Source: an uncultured Sphingobacteriales bacterium (GTDB lineage: Bacteria; Bacteroidota; Bacteroidia; CAILMK01; CAYYUA01). From it: 62,925 bases of DNA. This document shows, one piece after another, positions 12,533 through 21,486 of the stretch. Every line of letters starts with the position of its first letter. Position 1 is the first letter of the stretch. The stretch lies in NCBI GenBank assembly GCA_964549595.1, contig CAZJWK010000002.1:31823-94747 (forward strand). Direction: 5' to 3'. The notes under the pieces are model-generated. The model was not told where the DNA came from and searched no databases. It saw nothing but the letters and a program-made list of their open reading frames with translations. A program made the translations under genes and the position numbers.

Positions 12533-13936
12533 ATGGCAAAATACGATGTTACGGTAATCGGATCAGGACCCGGTGGTTATTACGCGGCGATCCGTTGCGC
12601 GCAATTAGGTTTCAAAACAGCCATCATTGAAAAGTATGATTCTTTGGGAGGTACTTGTCTGAACGTGGGTTGCATCCCTTCAAAAGCCCTTCTGGATTCC
12701 ACCCATCTTTACCATGATGCCGTTACGGAATTTCCTGAGCATGGTATTCAAATAGAGGACAAGGGGATAGATTTTAAACAAATGATAGAGCGGAAACGCC
12801 AAGTCGTTAAGCAAACTGTGGATGGGATCAATTTTTTAATGAAAAAGAATAAGATTGACGTTTATACGGGTGTTGGGAGTTTCAAGGATAAGAATACCAT
12901 TACCGTTCATAAAAATGATGATTCCACTGAAGAGGTGAGTACGGATAAAACCATTATAGCTACCGGTTCTAAACCCTCTTCGCTACCTAACATAGAGATT
13001 GATAAAGAACGGATTATTTCTTCAACCGAAGCCCTTGAGCTTTCCGAGGTACCCGGAAAAATGGTGGTAATAGGAGGGGGATACATTGGTTTGGAAATGG
13101 GTTCCGTATACAAAAGGCTTGGCACGGAGGTAAAAGTACTTGAATATTTGGATAGCGTGCTACCCAATATGGAAAAAGCCCTGGGTAAAGAATTGAAAAA
13201 AGTGCTTAAGAAACAAGGAATGAATTTTCATTTCAATACGAAGGTGACAAGTGTTGAAAATACAGGGGAAGGAGTAGTGGTCAAGGCCGAAAACAAAAAA
13301 GGGGAAGCTCAGGAATTTCAGGGTGATTATTGCTTAGTTGCTGTGGGAAGAAAGGCTTATACCCAAAATTTAGGTCTGGAAAATGTTGGACTCTCTACTG
13401 ATGATCACGGAAAAGTAACTGTAAATGAGCAACTCGAAACTCAGGTTCCGGGTATTTACGCCATTGGTGATGTGGTTGCCGGACCCATGCTTGCCCATAA
13501 AGCTGAGGAAGAAGGCAGTTTTGTAGCAGAAGTGATGGCCGGGCAAAAGCCCCATATGAATTATAACCTTATCCCAGAAGTGGTCTATACTTGGCCCGAA
13601 GTGGCTTCTGTGGGTTACAAGGAATATGAGCTTAAAGAAAAGGGGTTTGAATACAAAACAGGTAGTTTCCCTTACAGGGCTTCTGGAAGAGCAAGGGCTA
13701 GTAATGATTTGGATGGAGAAGTTCGTGTTTTTGCCGATAGCCAAACTGATGAATTATTGGGTGTACACATTATTGGTCCGCGGGCCTCTGATATGATTGC
13801 TGAGGGTGTTGTGGCTATGGAATACAGGGCCTCTGCTGAGGATATTGCGCGCATGAGCCATGCCCATCCGACTTTTACAGAAGCCATAAAAGAAGCTTGC
13901 TTGGCTGCTACCGATGACCGGGCCATTCACATTTAA
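12533..13936 (+). CDS. lpdA: dihydrolipoyl dehydrogenase E3
   Basis: GSGPGG, GGTCLNVGCIPSK, HAHPTFTE. Confidence 0.97.
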   Translation: MAKYDVTVIGSGPGGYYAAIRCAQLGFKTAIIEKYDSLGGTCLNVGCIPSKALLDSTHLYHDAVTEFPEHGIQIEDKGIDFKQMIERKRQVVKQTVDGINFLMKKNKIDVYTGVGSFKDKNTITVHKNDDSTEEVSTDKTIIATGSKPSSLPNIEIDKERIISSTEALELSEVPGKMVVIGGGYIGLEMGSVYKRLGTEVKVLEYLDSVLPNMEKALGKELKKVLKKQGMNFHFNTKVTSVENTGEGVVVKAENKKGEAQEFQGDYCLVAVGRKAYTQNLGLENVGLSTDDHGKVTVNEQLETQVPGIYAIGDVVAGPMLAHKAEEEGSFVAEVMAGQKPHMNYNLIPEVVYTWPEVASVGYKEYELKEKGFEYKTGSFPYRASGRARASNDLDGEVRVFADSQTDELLGVHIIGPRASDMIAEGVVAMEYRASAEDIARMSHAHPTFTEAIKEACLAATDDRAIHI

Positions 13937-13971
13937 AACCTTAAAATTTAAAACGTCAAAAACTGAAAACT

Positions 13972-14505
13972 ATGCATTACTTAGCGTTTTTATTGATCAT
14001 TGGTATGAGCTTAACAGCTTGTCAAAACAATTCGAAAGAACAAACCAACAAGGAAGAGGACGATAACAAAGCGTCAGATTCCGTTGCGATGAAAAAGGAA
14101 AAAGATCAGTATGATACGGTTCATTACGGGAAAAAGATAAAGGAGAAAGGGGCGTTATCACTGGCTTCGGCACTGGATTCTATGGGTGATAAGGAGGAAT
14201 ACCATGCTAAGGTAAAAGGCAAAGTGACTTCCGTTTGTCAAAAGAAAGGTTGCTGGATGAAATTAGAACGGCCTGATGGCCAATCCATGCGAGTAACCTT
14301 TAAAGATTATGGTTTTTTTGTCCCGAAAGACCTTGCCGGAGAAAAAGTGGTCATGCAGGGAAAGGCTTACACAGATACCCTTTCTGTGAAGCATAGGAAG
14401 CATTTTGCCCGTGATGCGGGAAAATCAGAGAAAGAAGTTGAGGAAATAACCGAGCCGAAAATGCAGGTTGCTTTTAAAGCGGAGGGGGTTAAAATTCTGC
14501 AATAA
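13972..14505 (+). CDS. DUF4920-family lipoprotein
   Basis: Lipobox LTAC; VCQKKGCWM and TFKDYGFFVPKD motifs. Confidence 0.8.
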   Translation: MHYLAFLLIIGMSLTACQNNSKEQTNKEEDDNKASDSVAMKKEKDQYDTVHYGKKIKEKGALSLASALDSMGDKEEYHAKVKGKVTSVCQKKGCWMKLERPDGQSMRVTFKDYGFFVPKDLAGEKVVMQGKAYTDTLSVKHRKHFARDAGKSEKEVEEITEPKMQVAFKAEGVKILQ

Positions 14506-14645
14506 ATTTCACCCTATAAGATCCCGAAGGAAATGGATATTTGATTGATGAGGTGTTTCTCTTACGCTGCTTTGTTTTAAGCCAAAGGGTTTCTTAAAAG
14601 CCATATTCAAGAGTCCCTGATTATTTATAATTTATATTTAACTTT

Positions 14646-14745
14646 TTAACTGTCTAAAAAGGAAATGCCTAAATAACATAATAGAGCCGACCAAAGGTCA
14701 ACAAACGGCATCGAACTATTCGGGCATTTCCATTTAGTCAACCAT
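14646..14745 (+). ncRNA. putative 6S-like RNA (6S-Flavo/Bacteroidales-1 type); ends approximate
   Basis: Closing stem GGAAATGCCTAAATA (14661-75) / TATTCGGGCATTTCC (14717-31), A-rich bubble, inner GCCG/CGGC and GACC-AAA-GGTC; GAGCCG...AACA.AC.G.ATCGAACT resembles my recollection of these families; TATATTTA -7-like box at 14633-40. Confidence 0.6.
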
Positions 14746-14823
14746 AAGCAAATAAACATTGGCTCTTAACTCAGGTCAAGCAGGGGTTATAAATCATTGT
14801 TGACTCGAAAGGTTGAACTAAAA

Positions 14824-15915
14824 CTACAACCGATCATCTCGGCTTCTTAAGCAATGATCGGTTAAAACAACCGCTGTCATGGCTTCTACAATTGGTACCG
14901 CTCTTGGCACTACACAGGGATCGTGCCTTCCCTTTCCTTCAAGGTTTACCTCATTGCCTGATTTATCAACCGTTTTTTGTGGTTTGGCGATGGTCGCCAC
15001 TGGTTTAAAAGCTATCCGAAATTCCAGGGGAGCGCCATTACTGATACCCCCTTGCACACCTCCTGAGTGATTGGTTTCAGTTTGGATTTGGCCTTCATTT
15101 CCGGTTGCTGTGAAAAGATCGTTATGGGCTGAACCATTCATGGAAGCCGCCTTGAAGCCTTCACCGATCTCAAATCCTTTGCTTGCATTAATGGAAAGCA
15201 TTGCTTTGGCCAAATCACTTTCAAGCTTATCAAAAACCGGTTCGCCCCAGCCTTCCGGAATATTCCTGACTTGGCAACCAATGCAACCGCCAAGACTGTC
15301 TTTTTCTTTCCTGGCTTTTTTAATGGCTTCTTCCATTACTTGAGCTTTTGCCTGATCCGGGCACCTAACAGGATTTTGCTCAATTTGACTCAAGTCAATG
15401 TATGACCAATCTTCATCAAGTTTTACATCACCGATCTGATCAACAAAGGCATGGATAGCTAAATCGGGGGACAGGTGTTTCAATAATTGTTTTGCGATGG
15501 CTCCGGCTGCCACCCAATTGACTGTTTCTCGAGCAGAGGAACGGCCGCCACCGCGGTAATCACGAATGCCATATTTGGCTTCATATGTATAGTCAGCATG
15601 AGATGGACGGTAAACGTCTTTAAAACGTTGGTATTCTTCTGGCTTAGCGTCTTTATTAGGGATGGAGATGGCGATAGGGCTTCCTAAGGTTTGATTCTCA
15701 AATATCCCTGATTGTATCTGGAAGCTTTCATCCTCCTTGCGTTGGGTTGTAAGCTTGGATTGACCAGGTTTCCTTCTGTCCAATGCTTCCCGGATTGCTT
15801 GGGTATCGATAGGAATGCCGGCCGGGCATCCTTCAATGACAACGCCCATTCTTTTCCCATGGGATTCCCCAAATGTAGTTATCCTGAAAAGCTTGCCAAA
15901 GCTGTTTCCTCCCAT
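14824..15915 (-). CDS. aroC: chorismate synthase
   Basis: GESHG, RPSHAD, GGGRSSARET, GRHDPCV. Confidence 0.97.
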   Translation of the reverse strand: MGGNSFGKLFRITTFGESHGKRMGVVIEGCPAGIPIDTQAIREALDRRKPGQSKLTTQRKEDESFQIQSGIFENQTLGSPIAISIPNKDAKPEEYQRFKDVYRPSHADYTYEAKYGIRDYRGGGRSSARETVNWVAAGAIAKQLLKHLSPDLAIHAFVDQIGDVKLDEDWSYIDLSQIEQNPVRCPDQAKAQVMEEAIKKARKEKDSLGGCIGCQVRNIPEGWGEPVFDKLESDLAKAMLSINASKGFEIGEGFKAASMNGSAHNDLFTATGNEGQIQTETNHSGGVQGGISNGAPLEFRIAFKPVATIAKPQKTVDKSGNEVNLEGKGRHDPCVVPRAVPIVEAMTAVVLTDHCLRSRDDRL

Positions 15916-16019
15916 ATAGCTTGTTTCTTAAGTTTGTGTTTTACGCCCCATTTTCAAAATGCCTAACATACTTTAAAAAACAATTCTTCTTCAAAATGGA
16001 TTGCTTAGACAAAAACAAA

Positions 16020-17249
16020 TTATTGGCAATTAAATCCCATTTGATTTAATTGCTTCCAAAATCCGGGATAGGATTTATCAACAACCTCCGGTTCGGCTAT
16101 CTTTAACTGTTTATTAAGGGCAGCTAATATGGGCCAGCTCATGGCCAGGCGGTGGTCATTATAAGTTTCCAGAACCTGGGAAGATGCCGGTACTGGATCA
16201 AACTCATAGCAGGAAAGCTCCGTGTCAGTGCTATTCATTTTTGCACCCGTTTTTTGTAACTCTTTGCTGAGGGCTTTCAGGCGATCCGTTTCCTTATGCT
16301 TTAAGTGAGCCAGGCCTTTAAAACTGAACGGAATTTGTAAAGCCCTGCAAAGAGTGGCCAAAGTGGGTACCAGGTCCGGGTGATCGGTCATTAACGCTTC
16401 GAATTCTGAAGGGTAAAAGCTTTCTGACTCAACCAATAATCCTTCTCTTTTTTCAAAATTAAAACTTAAACCAAAGCGCGAAAGCAAAGAAATGATAGCC
16501 CGATCCCCCTGCCAGGAATTTTTTGATAAGCCGGAAAAGACAAGGTTACTACCCGGGAAAATACAAGCCAGACCAAACCAGTAAGAAGCCGATGTCCAAT
16601 CAGGTTCAATAGTCAATGGCTTGTCCGTAATTTGGGCTTTAGGGAACACTGCCACTTCATTGGACTTTTGCCGTACTTTCACATTAAAATATTCCAGCAT
16701 TTTAATGGTCATATTGAAGTAAGGCCGTGATACCGGAATTCCTGAAAAAACCAAATGAATGCCTTTTTGGGTAAAGGGTGCTATGAGCAACAATGCGGTA
16801 ATAAATTGGCTGCTTTCAGAAGCATCCAATTTCACCTGCCCGCCTTTCAGGGGTTTACCTTTTATTTCGATAGGCGGGTATCCTTGTTCTTCCAGGTATT
16901 GGATTTTAGCACCAAGTTGGTTCAGGGCATCTACAAGGGGGCCGATAGGGCGATTTTTCATACGGTTTTTCCCGGTTAGGGTCTTCTTTTCCCCGGTCAT
17001 GGCGAAATAAGCTGTCAAGAACCGTAGTGTAGTCCCGGCATTTTGGCAATCCAGGGTGGTATCCTGGCTTTCAATAAGTTTTTGCATTAAACGGGTGTCA
17101 TCCGCATCAGAGAGGTTTTTGATAGAAAAATTGCCGTTGCTCAAAGCTTGCAAAATTAATGCACGGTTACTCAAACTTTTGGAGGAAGGCAGGTTGATGG
17201 TGCCCTCCAACTTATTCGGTGTGGATTCGATTGAGATTACTTCGGTCAT
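16020..17249 (-). CDS. aroA: 3-phosphoshikimate 1-carboxyvinyltransferase (EPSP synthase)
   Basis: PSSKSLSNR, NAGTTLRF, SSQF, KETDRL, DHRLAM, KSYPGFW. Confidence 0.95.
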   Translation of the reverse strand: MTEVISIESTPNKLEGTINLPSSKSLSNRALILQALSNGNFSIKNLSDADDTRLMQKLIESQDTTLDCQNAGTTLRFLTAYFAMTGEKKTLTGKNRMKNRPIGPLVDALNQLGAKIQYLEEQGYPPIEIKGKPLKGGQVKLDASESSQFITALLLIAPFTQKGIHLVFSGIPVSRPYFNMTIKMLEYFNVKVRQKSNEVAVFPKAQITDKPLTIEPDWTSASYWFGLACIFPGSNLVFSGLSKNSWQGDRAIISLLSRFGLSFNFEKREGLLVESESFYPSEFEALMTDHPDLVPTLATLCRALQIPFSFKGLAHLKHKETDRLKALSKELQKTGAKMNSTDTELSCYEFDPVPASSQVLETYNDHRLAMSWPILAALNKQLKIAEPEVVDKSYPGFWKQLNQMGFNCQ

Positions 17250-17257
17250 ACGCTTTT

Positions 17258-18472
17258 TTAACCGATTACGGCTTCCTGAATAAATGCTTGAATTCGCTCA
17301 TCCGCATAACCCAAATCCTGCTTTAAAATGGCTTCCCCTTCCGCGTTAAGATGAGGCGGTGGTGCCAGATGATTGTTTTGGTAATGTTCTGTCTCCCTAA
17401 ATGCGATGGTTTTCAACCCTTTAAAGCATTCTGAGGTAAGTAATAAAGATTGGGCCTCTGGCTTTTCAAATATGGCTTTCATATCCAGAACCCTTCCTAT
17501 GGGGATATTATGCTTACTCAAAGCTTTAATCAGGGGGTCTGCTTGCCATTTGGCAATAATTTGCTCAAGTGTTTTGTTGAGCATTGAACGGTTCTTAACC
17601 CGTTCATGGTTGGTTTTAAAATGGGGATCCCCGGCTAAATCAGGTTGATTAAGGATCCTGCAAAAATCAATAAATTGGCGGTTTGAACCAATGGCCAAAA
17701 CCAAGGGTTGGTCATCTTTTGTATAAAAAATCGTACCGTATGGCGCAATATTAGGATGTTCAGAGCCGGTTCTTTGCGGAATTTTTCCTCCGACTAACCA
17801 ATTTGTCGCTTGATTGGCCAGTGATGAAATTCCGGACTGTATTAGGGAAGTGGAAACCTTTTGCCCGTTTCCGGTTTGTTGCTTTCGGATGATGGCGGTC
17901 AATAAACCTTCTTTCAGTTGATGAGCCGCCATCAAATCCATTAGGGCCACAGGCATTTTAAGCGGTGGGCCATCGGGCATACCATTCATAAAAGTAAAAC
18001 CCGCTTCCGCTTGAATTATGGCATCGTAACCCACTCTTGAATCGTTTGGACCAAAACCTGTAATTTCCCCATAGAGGACGGAAGGATTTAAAACTTTCAG
18101 CCTTTCGTAATTAAGACCAAGCCTTTCGGCATCTCCATGTTTAAAACTTGTAAGTATAATATCAGCTTTCTCAGCCAGGCTTTTGACTATGGCTATCCCT
18201 TCATTTTTCCGCAGGTCTACGGAAAGTGATTCCTTACCCCAGTTGACACTGGAAAAGTAAGATGAAATGTCGGATTCTTCCGGTTCCTTTTCCGTTTTCC
18301 ATTGCCTTGTAACATCGCCTGCTGTTCGGTTGTTTTCCACTTTAATGACGCGAGCACCCAGTTCAGCAAAGAACATCCCCACAGCCGGCCCTGCTAAAAC
18401 TCCGGACAGCTCAAGGACCATATAATCTTTAAATAGGGTGTTATTTTCCTGGTTTGAATGAATAAATGACAA
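17258..18472 (-). CDS. CaiB/BaiF family III CoA-transferase
   Basis: VLELSGVLAGP, ELGARVIKVE, GDVTR, GYDAIIQAEAG, VALMD (catalytic Asp position); TTG start. Confidence 0.9.
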   Translation of the reverse strand: MSFIHSNQENNTLFKDYMVLELSGVLAGPAVGMFFAELGARVIKVENNRTAGDVTRQWKTEKEPEESDISSYFSSVNWGKESLSVDLRKNEGIAIVKSLAEKADIILTSFKHGDAERLGLNYERLKVLNPSVLYGEITGFGPNDSRVGYDAIIQAEAGFTFMNGMPDGPPLKMPVALMDLMAAHQLKEGLLTAIIRKQQTGNGQKVSTSLIQSGISSLANQATNWLVGGKIPQRTGSEHPNIAPYGTIFYTKDDQPLVLAIGSNRQFIDFCRILNQPDLAGDPHFKTNHERVKNRSMLNKTLEQIIAKWQADPLIKALSKHNIPIGRVLDMKAIFEKPEAQSLLLTSECFKGLKTIAFRETEHYQNNHLAPPPHLNAEGEAILKQDLGYADERIQAFIQEAVIG

Positions 18473-18703
18473 AAATTTAATGAGGCAACGTTATTCAAAA
18501 ATTAAAGAATTAGCCAAAGTTGGCCCAATAAGGTTAATTATCATCCTTATGGCTTTTTATTTCGCTTGATCTTAATCAACCCCTTTTGACCCTTTTTTGG
18601 CCAAGGGATAAAACGGGCCTTTCCTGTTTAATGGGATATAATTAGAACCCATTCAGTTCTTTAATGGTCATGTTTTTTTAGACTGTTTTCCAATGCCGCA
18701 TTT

Positions 18704-19018
18704 TCATTTGGTTTCTTCGTTTATCCAATCCAGGAAAGCCTGGTTGCCCCCTTCTAAGGGTAACGTGACAATACAAGGGCAATCGTAACTGTGGACTTCC
18801 TTTACCTTTTGAATGAGTTCATCGACCAATGTTGCTTTGGTCTTTGCGATGAGCACTACCTCCTTTTCATTCTGGAAATCCCCTTCCCACATGAACATGG
18901 ATTCCATATTTTCCAGCATGTTAACGCAAGCTACGAGTTTTTCTTTAATCAAAACTTTGCCAACTTCCCTGGCCTCTTCCATGTTTTCAGTGGTAATGTA
19001 AACAAAGTAATGTTTCAT
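18704..19018 (-). CDS. cutA: divalent-cation tolerance protein CutA
   Basis: LVACVN, HSYDCPCI; start trimmed to MKHYFVYIT (ATG 19018) because the longer ORF overlaps pdxH. Confidence 0.9.
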   Translation of the reverse strand: MKHYFVYITTENMEEAREVGKVLIKEKLVACVNMLENMESMFMWEGDFQNEKEVVLIAKTKATLVDELIQKVKEVHSYDCPCIVTLPLEGGNQAFLDWINEETK

Positions 19019-19122
19019 AATTCGGGATTTTATTTTTTCACTGCAAATATCGGGGATTGGTTTGATTATTATAAATGAACAATTCTGTACGACAAGGTTT
19101 AATTTTGAGAAAAATTCAAAAT

Positions 19123-19776
19123 ATGGAAAGTGCAAATCAGGATATTGCCGGGCTCCGTAAAGAATATTCAAAAAAGTCCCTGGATGTTAATCATGTTAAA
19201 GAAGATCCTTTTGAACAATTCAGGGAATGGTTTGATGAGGCGCTCAAATCTGAAGTCCCGGAAGCCAATGCCATGACTTTATCTACGACTGATGAGGGTG
19301 GGAGGCCCTCGGGGCGAATCGTCCTATTGAAAGCGGTTGATGAAAAGGGTTTTGTTTTTTATACAAATTTTCAATCCCGGAAAGGAAAGGAATTGGAAAA
19401 TAATCCTTATGCCGCAATCACTTTTTTTTGGGTTGAATTAGAGCGGCAAGTGCGGGTTAGGGGAGCCGTAGAAAAAGTGGATGGTAAGACAGCTGATGAA
19501 TATTTTAGCTCTCGGCCCATTGGCAGTAAGCAGGGTGCTTGGGTTTCCCCGCAGAGCCAACCTATACCGGGCAAGGAAACGCTTTTAGAAAAATTCCGGG
19601 AAGTGCAGGAAACTTACCCCGGGGAAGATATTCCTCGGCCTCCTTACTGGGGTGGATTTAGAGTAATACCGGATGAAATTGAATTTTGGCAGGGAAGGCC
19701 TAATCGCTTACATGACCGTATTTGGTATGGTTTGAGTGAGGAACAGGGTTGGACCTTAAAACGGTTGGCCCCTTAG
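19123..19776 (+). CDS. pdxH: pyridoxamine 5'-phosphate oxidase
   Basis: LRKEY, RIVLLK, FYTN..SRKG, ERQVR, EFWQGRPNRLHDR, RLAP; start at ATG 19123 is supported by TAATTTTG at 19100-07. Confidence 0.95.
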   Translation: MESANQDIAGLRKEYSKKSLDVNHVKEDPFEQFREWFDEALKSEVPEANAMTLSTTDEGGRPSGRIVLLKAVDEKGFVFYTNFQSRKGKELENNPYAAITFFWVELERQVRVRGAVEKVDGKTADEYFSSRPIGSKQGAWVSPQSQPIPGKETLLEKFREVQETYPGEDIPRPPYWGGFRVIPDEIEFWQGRPNRLHDRIWYGLSEEQGWTLKRLAP

Positions 19777-19810
19777 TAAGAAAGCTCCCCCTTAACCTAA
19801 TGAAGCTTCT

Positions 19811-20380
19811 CTATTCTATTTCTTCCTTGGTTTGCTCTTGCTCATGTTGATCTTCAGGCGCAGTTGATTCTGTTGTTTGATGGGTTATCACCCATAAAAG
19901 TCCTATGTCAATGATTGCGTGCGCTACAATAGCAGAATAGATACCCGGGAAACGAAATAAGTAACCTAAACCGGCAGCCACAAACACCATAAAAATCCCA
20001 TAAATAGTTAAATGCCAATCTCTGATGCTTAAATAGCCATGAAGCAAGACAAATAATATGGCAGTAATCCAGATGCCAAGTAAAGGCTGAATAGAGGCCC
20101 TGAATAATAATTCTTCACCTATTCCCGCGCAAAAAGAAATAAAAATAATATCTATGAACCTGAACTGAAAGGGTTTTAAAAACTTAATGAAAAAGCGCCT
20201 GACTTCTTTTAAAATGTCGGACATTATGATACGCCAGGCAAAGAACGATGCTAAAGTTCCGAATCCCAGCCCTATTAAAATTTGCTGCCAGATTGGCCAG
20301 CCCTTAAAAAAAACATGGAACAATGTTACGGTTAAAAAATGATGATGGATTAAGGCTCCTATTGCGGTAAAAATTACCAA
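19811..20380 (-). CDS. CPBP (CAAX/Abi) intramembrane glutamic endopeptidase; start possibly further upstream (ATT 20419/20422)
   Basis: GEELLFR, FVLLHG, AH..ID motifs; multiple TM segments. Confidence 0.85.
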   Translation of the reverse strand: MVIFTAIGALIHHHFLTVTLFHVFFKGWPIWQQILIGLGFGTLASFFAWRIIMSDILKEVRRFFIKFLKPFQFRFIDIIFISFCAGIGEELLFRASIQPLLGIWITAILFVLLHGYLSIRDWHLTIYGIFMVFVAAGLGYLFRFPGIYSAIVAHAIIDIGLLWVITHQTTESTAPEDQHEQEQTKEEIE

Positions 20381-20585
20381 AGATAGAAATGCCAGGAAAT
20401 TTAGCTGTTGTCGTTTAATAATGAGTGGGTTTTGTCCCTACAAAGGTAATGAACTTAACCCTTAAATGTGACTTTTAGAAATCTTAAGGTGCTATTTTCT
20501 CTTATTAATCTTAAGTTTGCTTTTTGTTTTCAAAAAATTAAACCTTTAAATACTTCTACCCTTTAAAAAGGAACCTCGTTTACTT

Positions 20586-21425
20586 ATGCATGGGATTTTA
20601 AGAAATGCAGTCTGGCGATATGACCTACTGGGGTGGTTGATTGTTATAGTTTTTTTTGGGACATCTGCCTACTTCAATGACAAAAACATGGCACTAACCT
20701 TTATAGGTGCCATAGGGATAATTGGCCTGATGTTTCTGATCGGACTTTCCGTGGAGTTGCTCATTGAATCCATTAAGCATTTAAAAGGAATAGGGACCAT
20801 TACCGGCCTTCTGACTAATTTTCCCGAGGCACTGGTAGTTATAGTGGGCTTGGTGGACAATGATATTCTGTTTGCTAATTCTACTCCCTTGGGGTCAAAC
20901 TTTGCCAATCCTTTGGTCCTGATTTTTGCAGCCTTAATCCTTAGAAATTTAGGGACCATCGCCAAAATTTTTCCTGGCTATACTTTGATTACGTTGTTTT
21001 TTACCCTTTTGGTGGCAAGCACCTTCTTTTTTATCCCGATTGCCTGGTATCCTTATTGGTTAGGCGTCTTATTGATTGGTACGTTAACGCTCTTTTTCAA
21101 AAGGCCTGATGAAATTGATGAGGAAGAAGAGTTCACCGAAAATATCAGTGGTTGGTGGTTTTTTCCATCCACCATAGTACTTGTCATGGCCGGTTATTAT
21201 TTGGATCCTGTGGTGGAATTTGCTTCTGAATCTTCTTCTGCCCCAAAAGGTTTAATTGGTTTTGCTGTATTGTCCATATTATCAAGCTGGCCTGAATTCA
21301 AGACTATTTTTGCTTTAATAAATCGAAAAAAACAATCTGCCGGTATTCTAAACATTTTGATCAGCAATATTATAAACCTTTGGCTGGCTGGAGCCGGGGT
21401 TGTTTTGTACTGGATTTTCGGATAA
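20586..21425 (+). CDS. cation:cation (CaCA/YrbG-like) antiporter
   Basis: Multi-TM; two alpha-repeat-like motifs LTNFPE...GSNFAN and LSSWPE...SNIIN; TAAGTTTG promoter box at 20512-19. Confidence 0.7.
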   Translation: MHGILRNAVWRYDLLGWLIVIVFFGTSAYFNDKNMALTFIGAIGIIGLMFLIGLSVELLIESIKHLKGIGTITGLLTNFPEALVVIVGLVDNDILFANSTPLGSNFANPLVLIFAALILRNLGTIAKIFPGYTLITLFFTLLVASTFFFIPIAWYPYWLGVLLIGTLTLFFKRPDEIDEEEEFTENISGWWFFPSTIVLVMAGYYLDPVVEFASESSSAPKGLIGFAVLSILSSWPEFKTIFALINRKKQSAGILNILISNIINLWLAGAGVVLYWIFG

Positions 21426-21453
21426 AAAAAAGGCCGGAATATCCGGCCTTTTT
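21424..21453. terminator. bidirectional intrinsic terminator
   Basis: A8-GGCCGGA-ATA-TCCGGCC-T5 between the convergent antiporter and gap genes. Confidence 0.85.
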
Positions 21454-21486
21454 AAATGGAAAATGATTTCAGTTTAAGAAAATGGG

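Noticed and set aside
19019-19171. N-terminal extensions of cutA and pdxH giving a head-to-head overlap
   Set aside because: Family-typical starts at 19018 and 19123 remove the overlap, and a -7 box supports the shorter pdxH.
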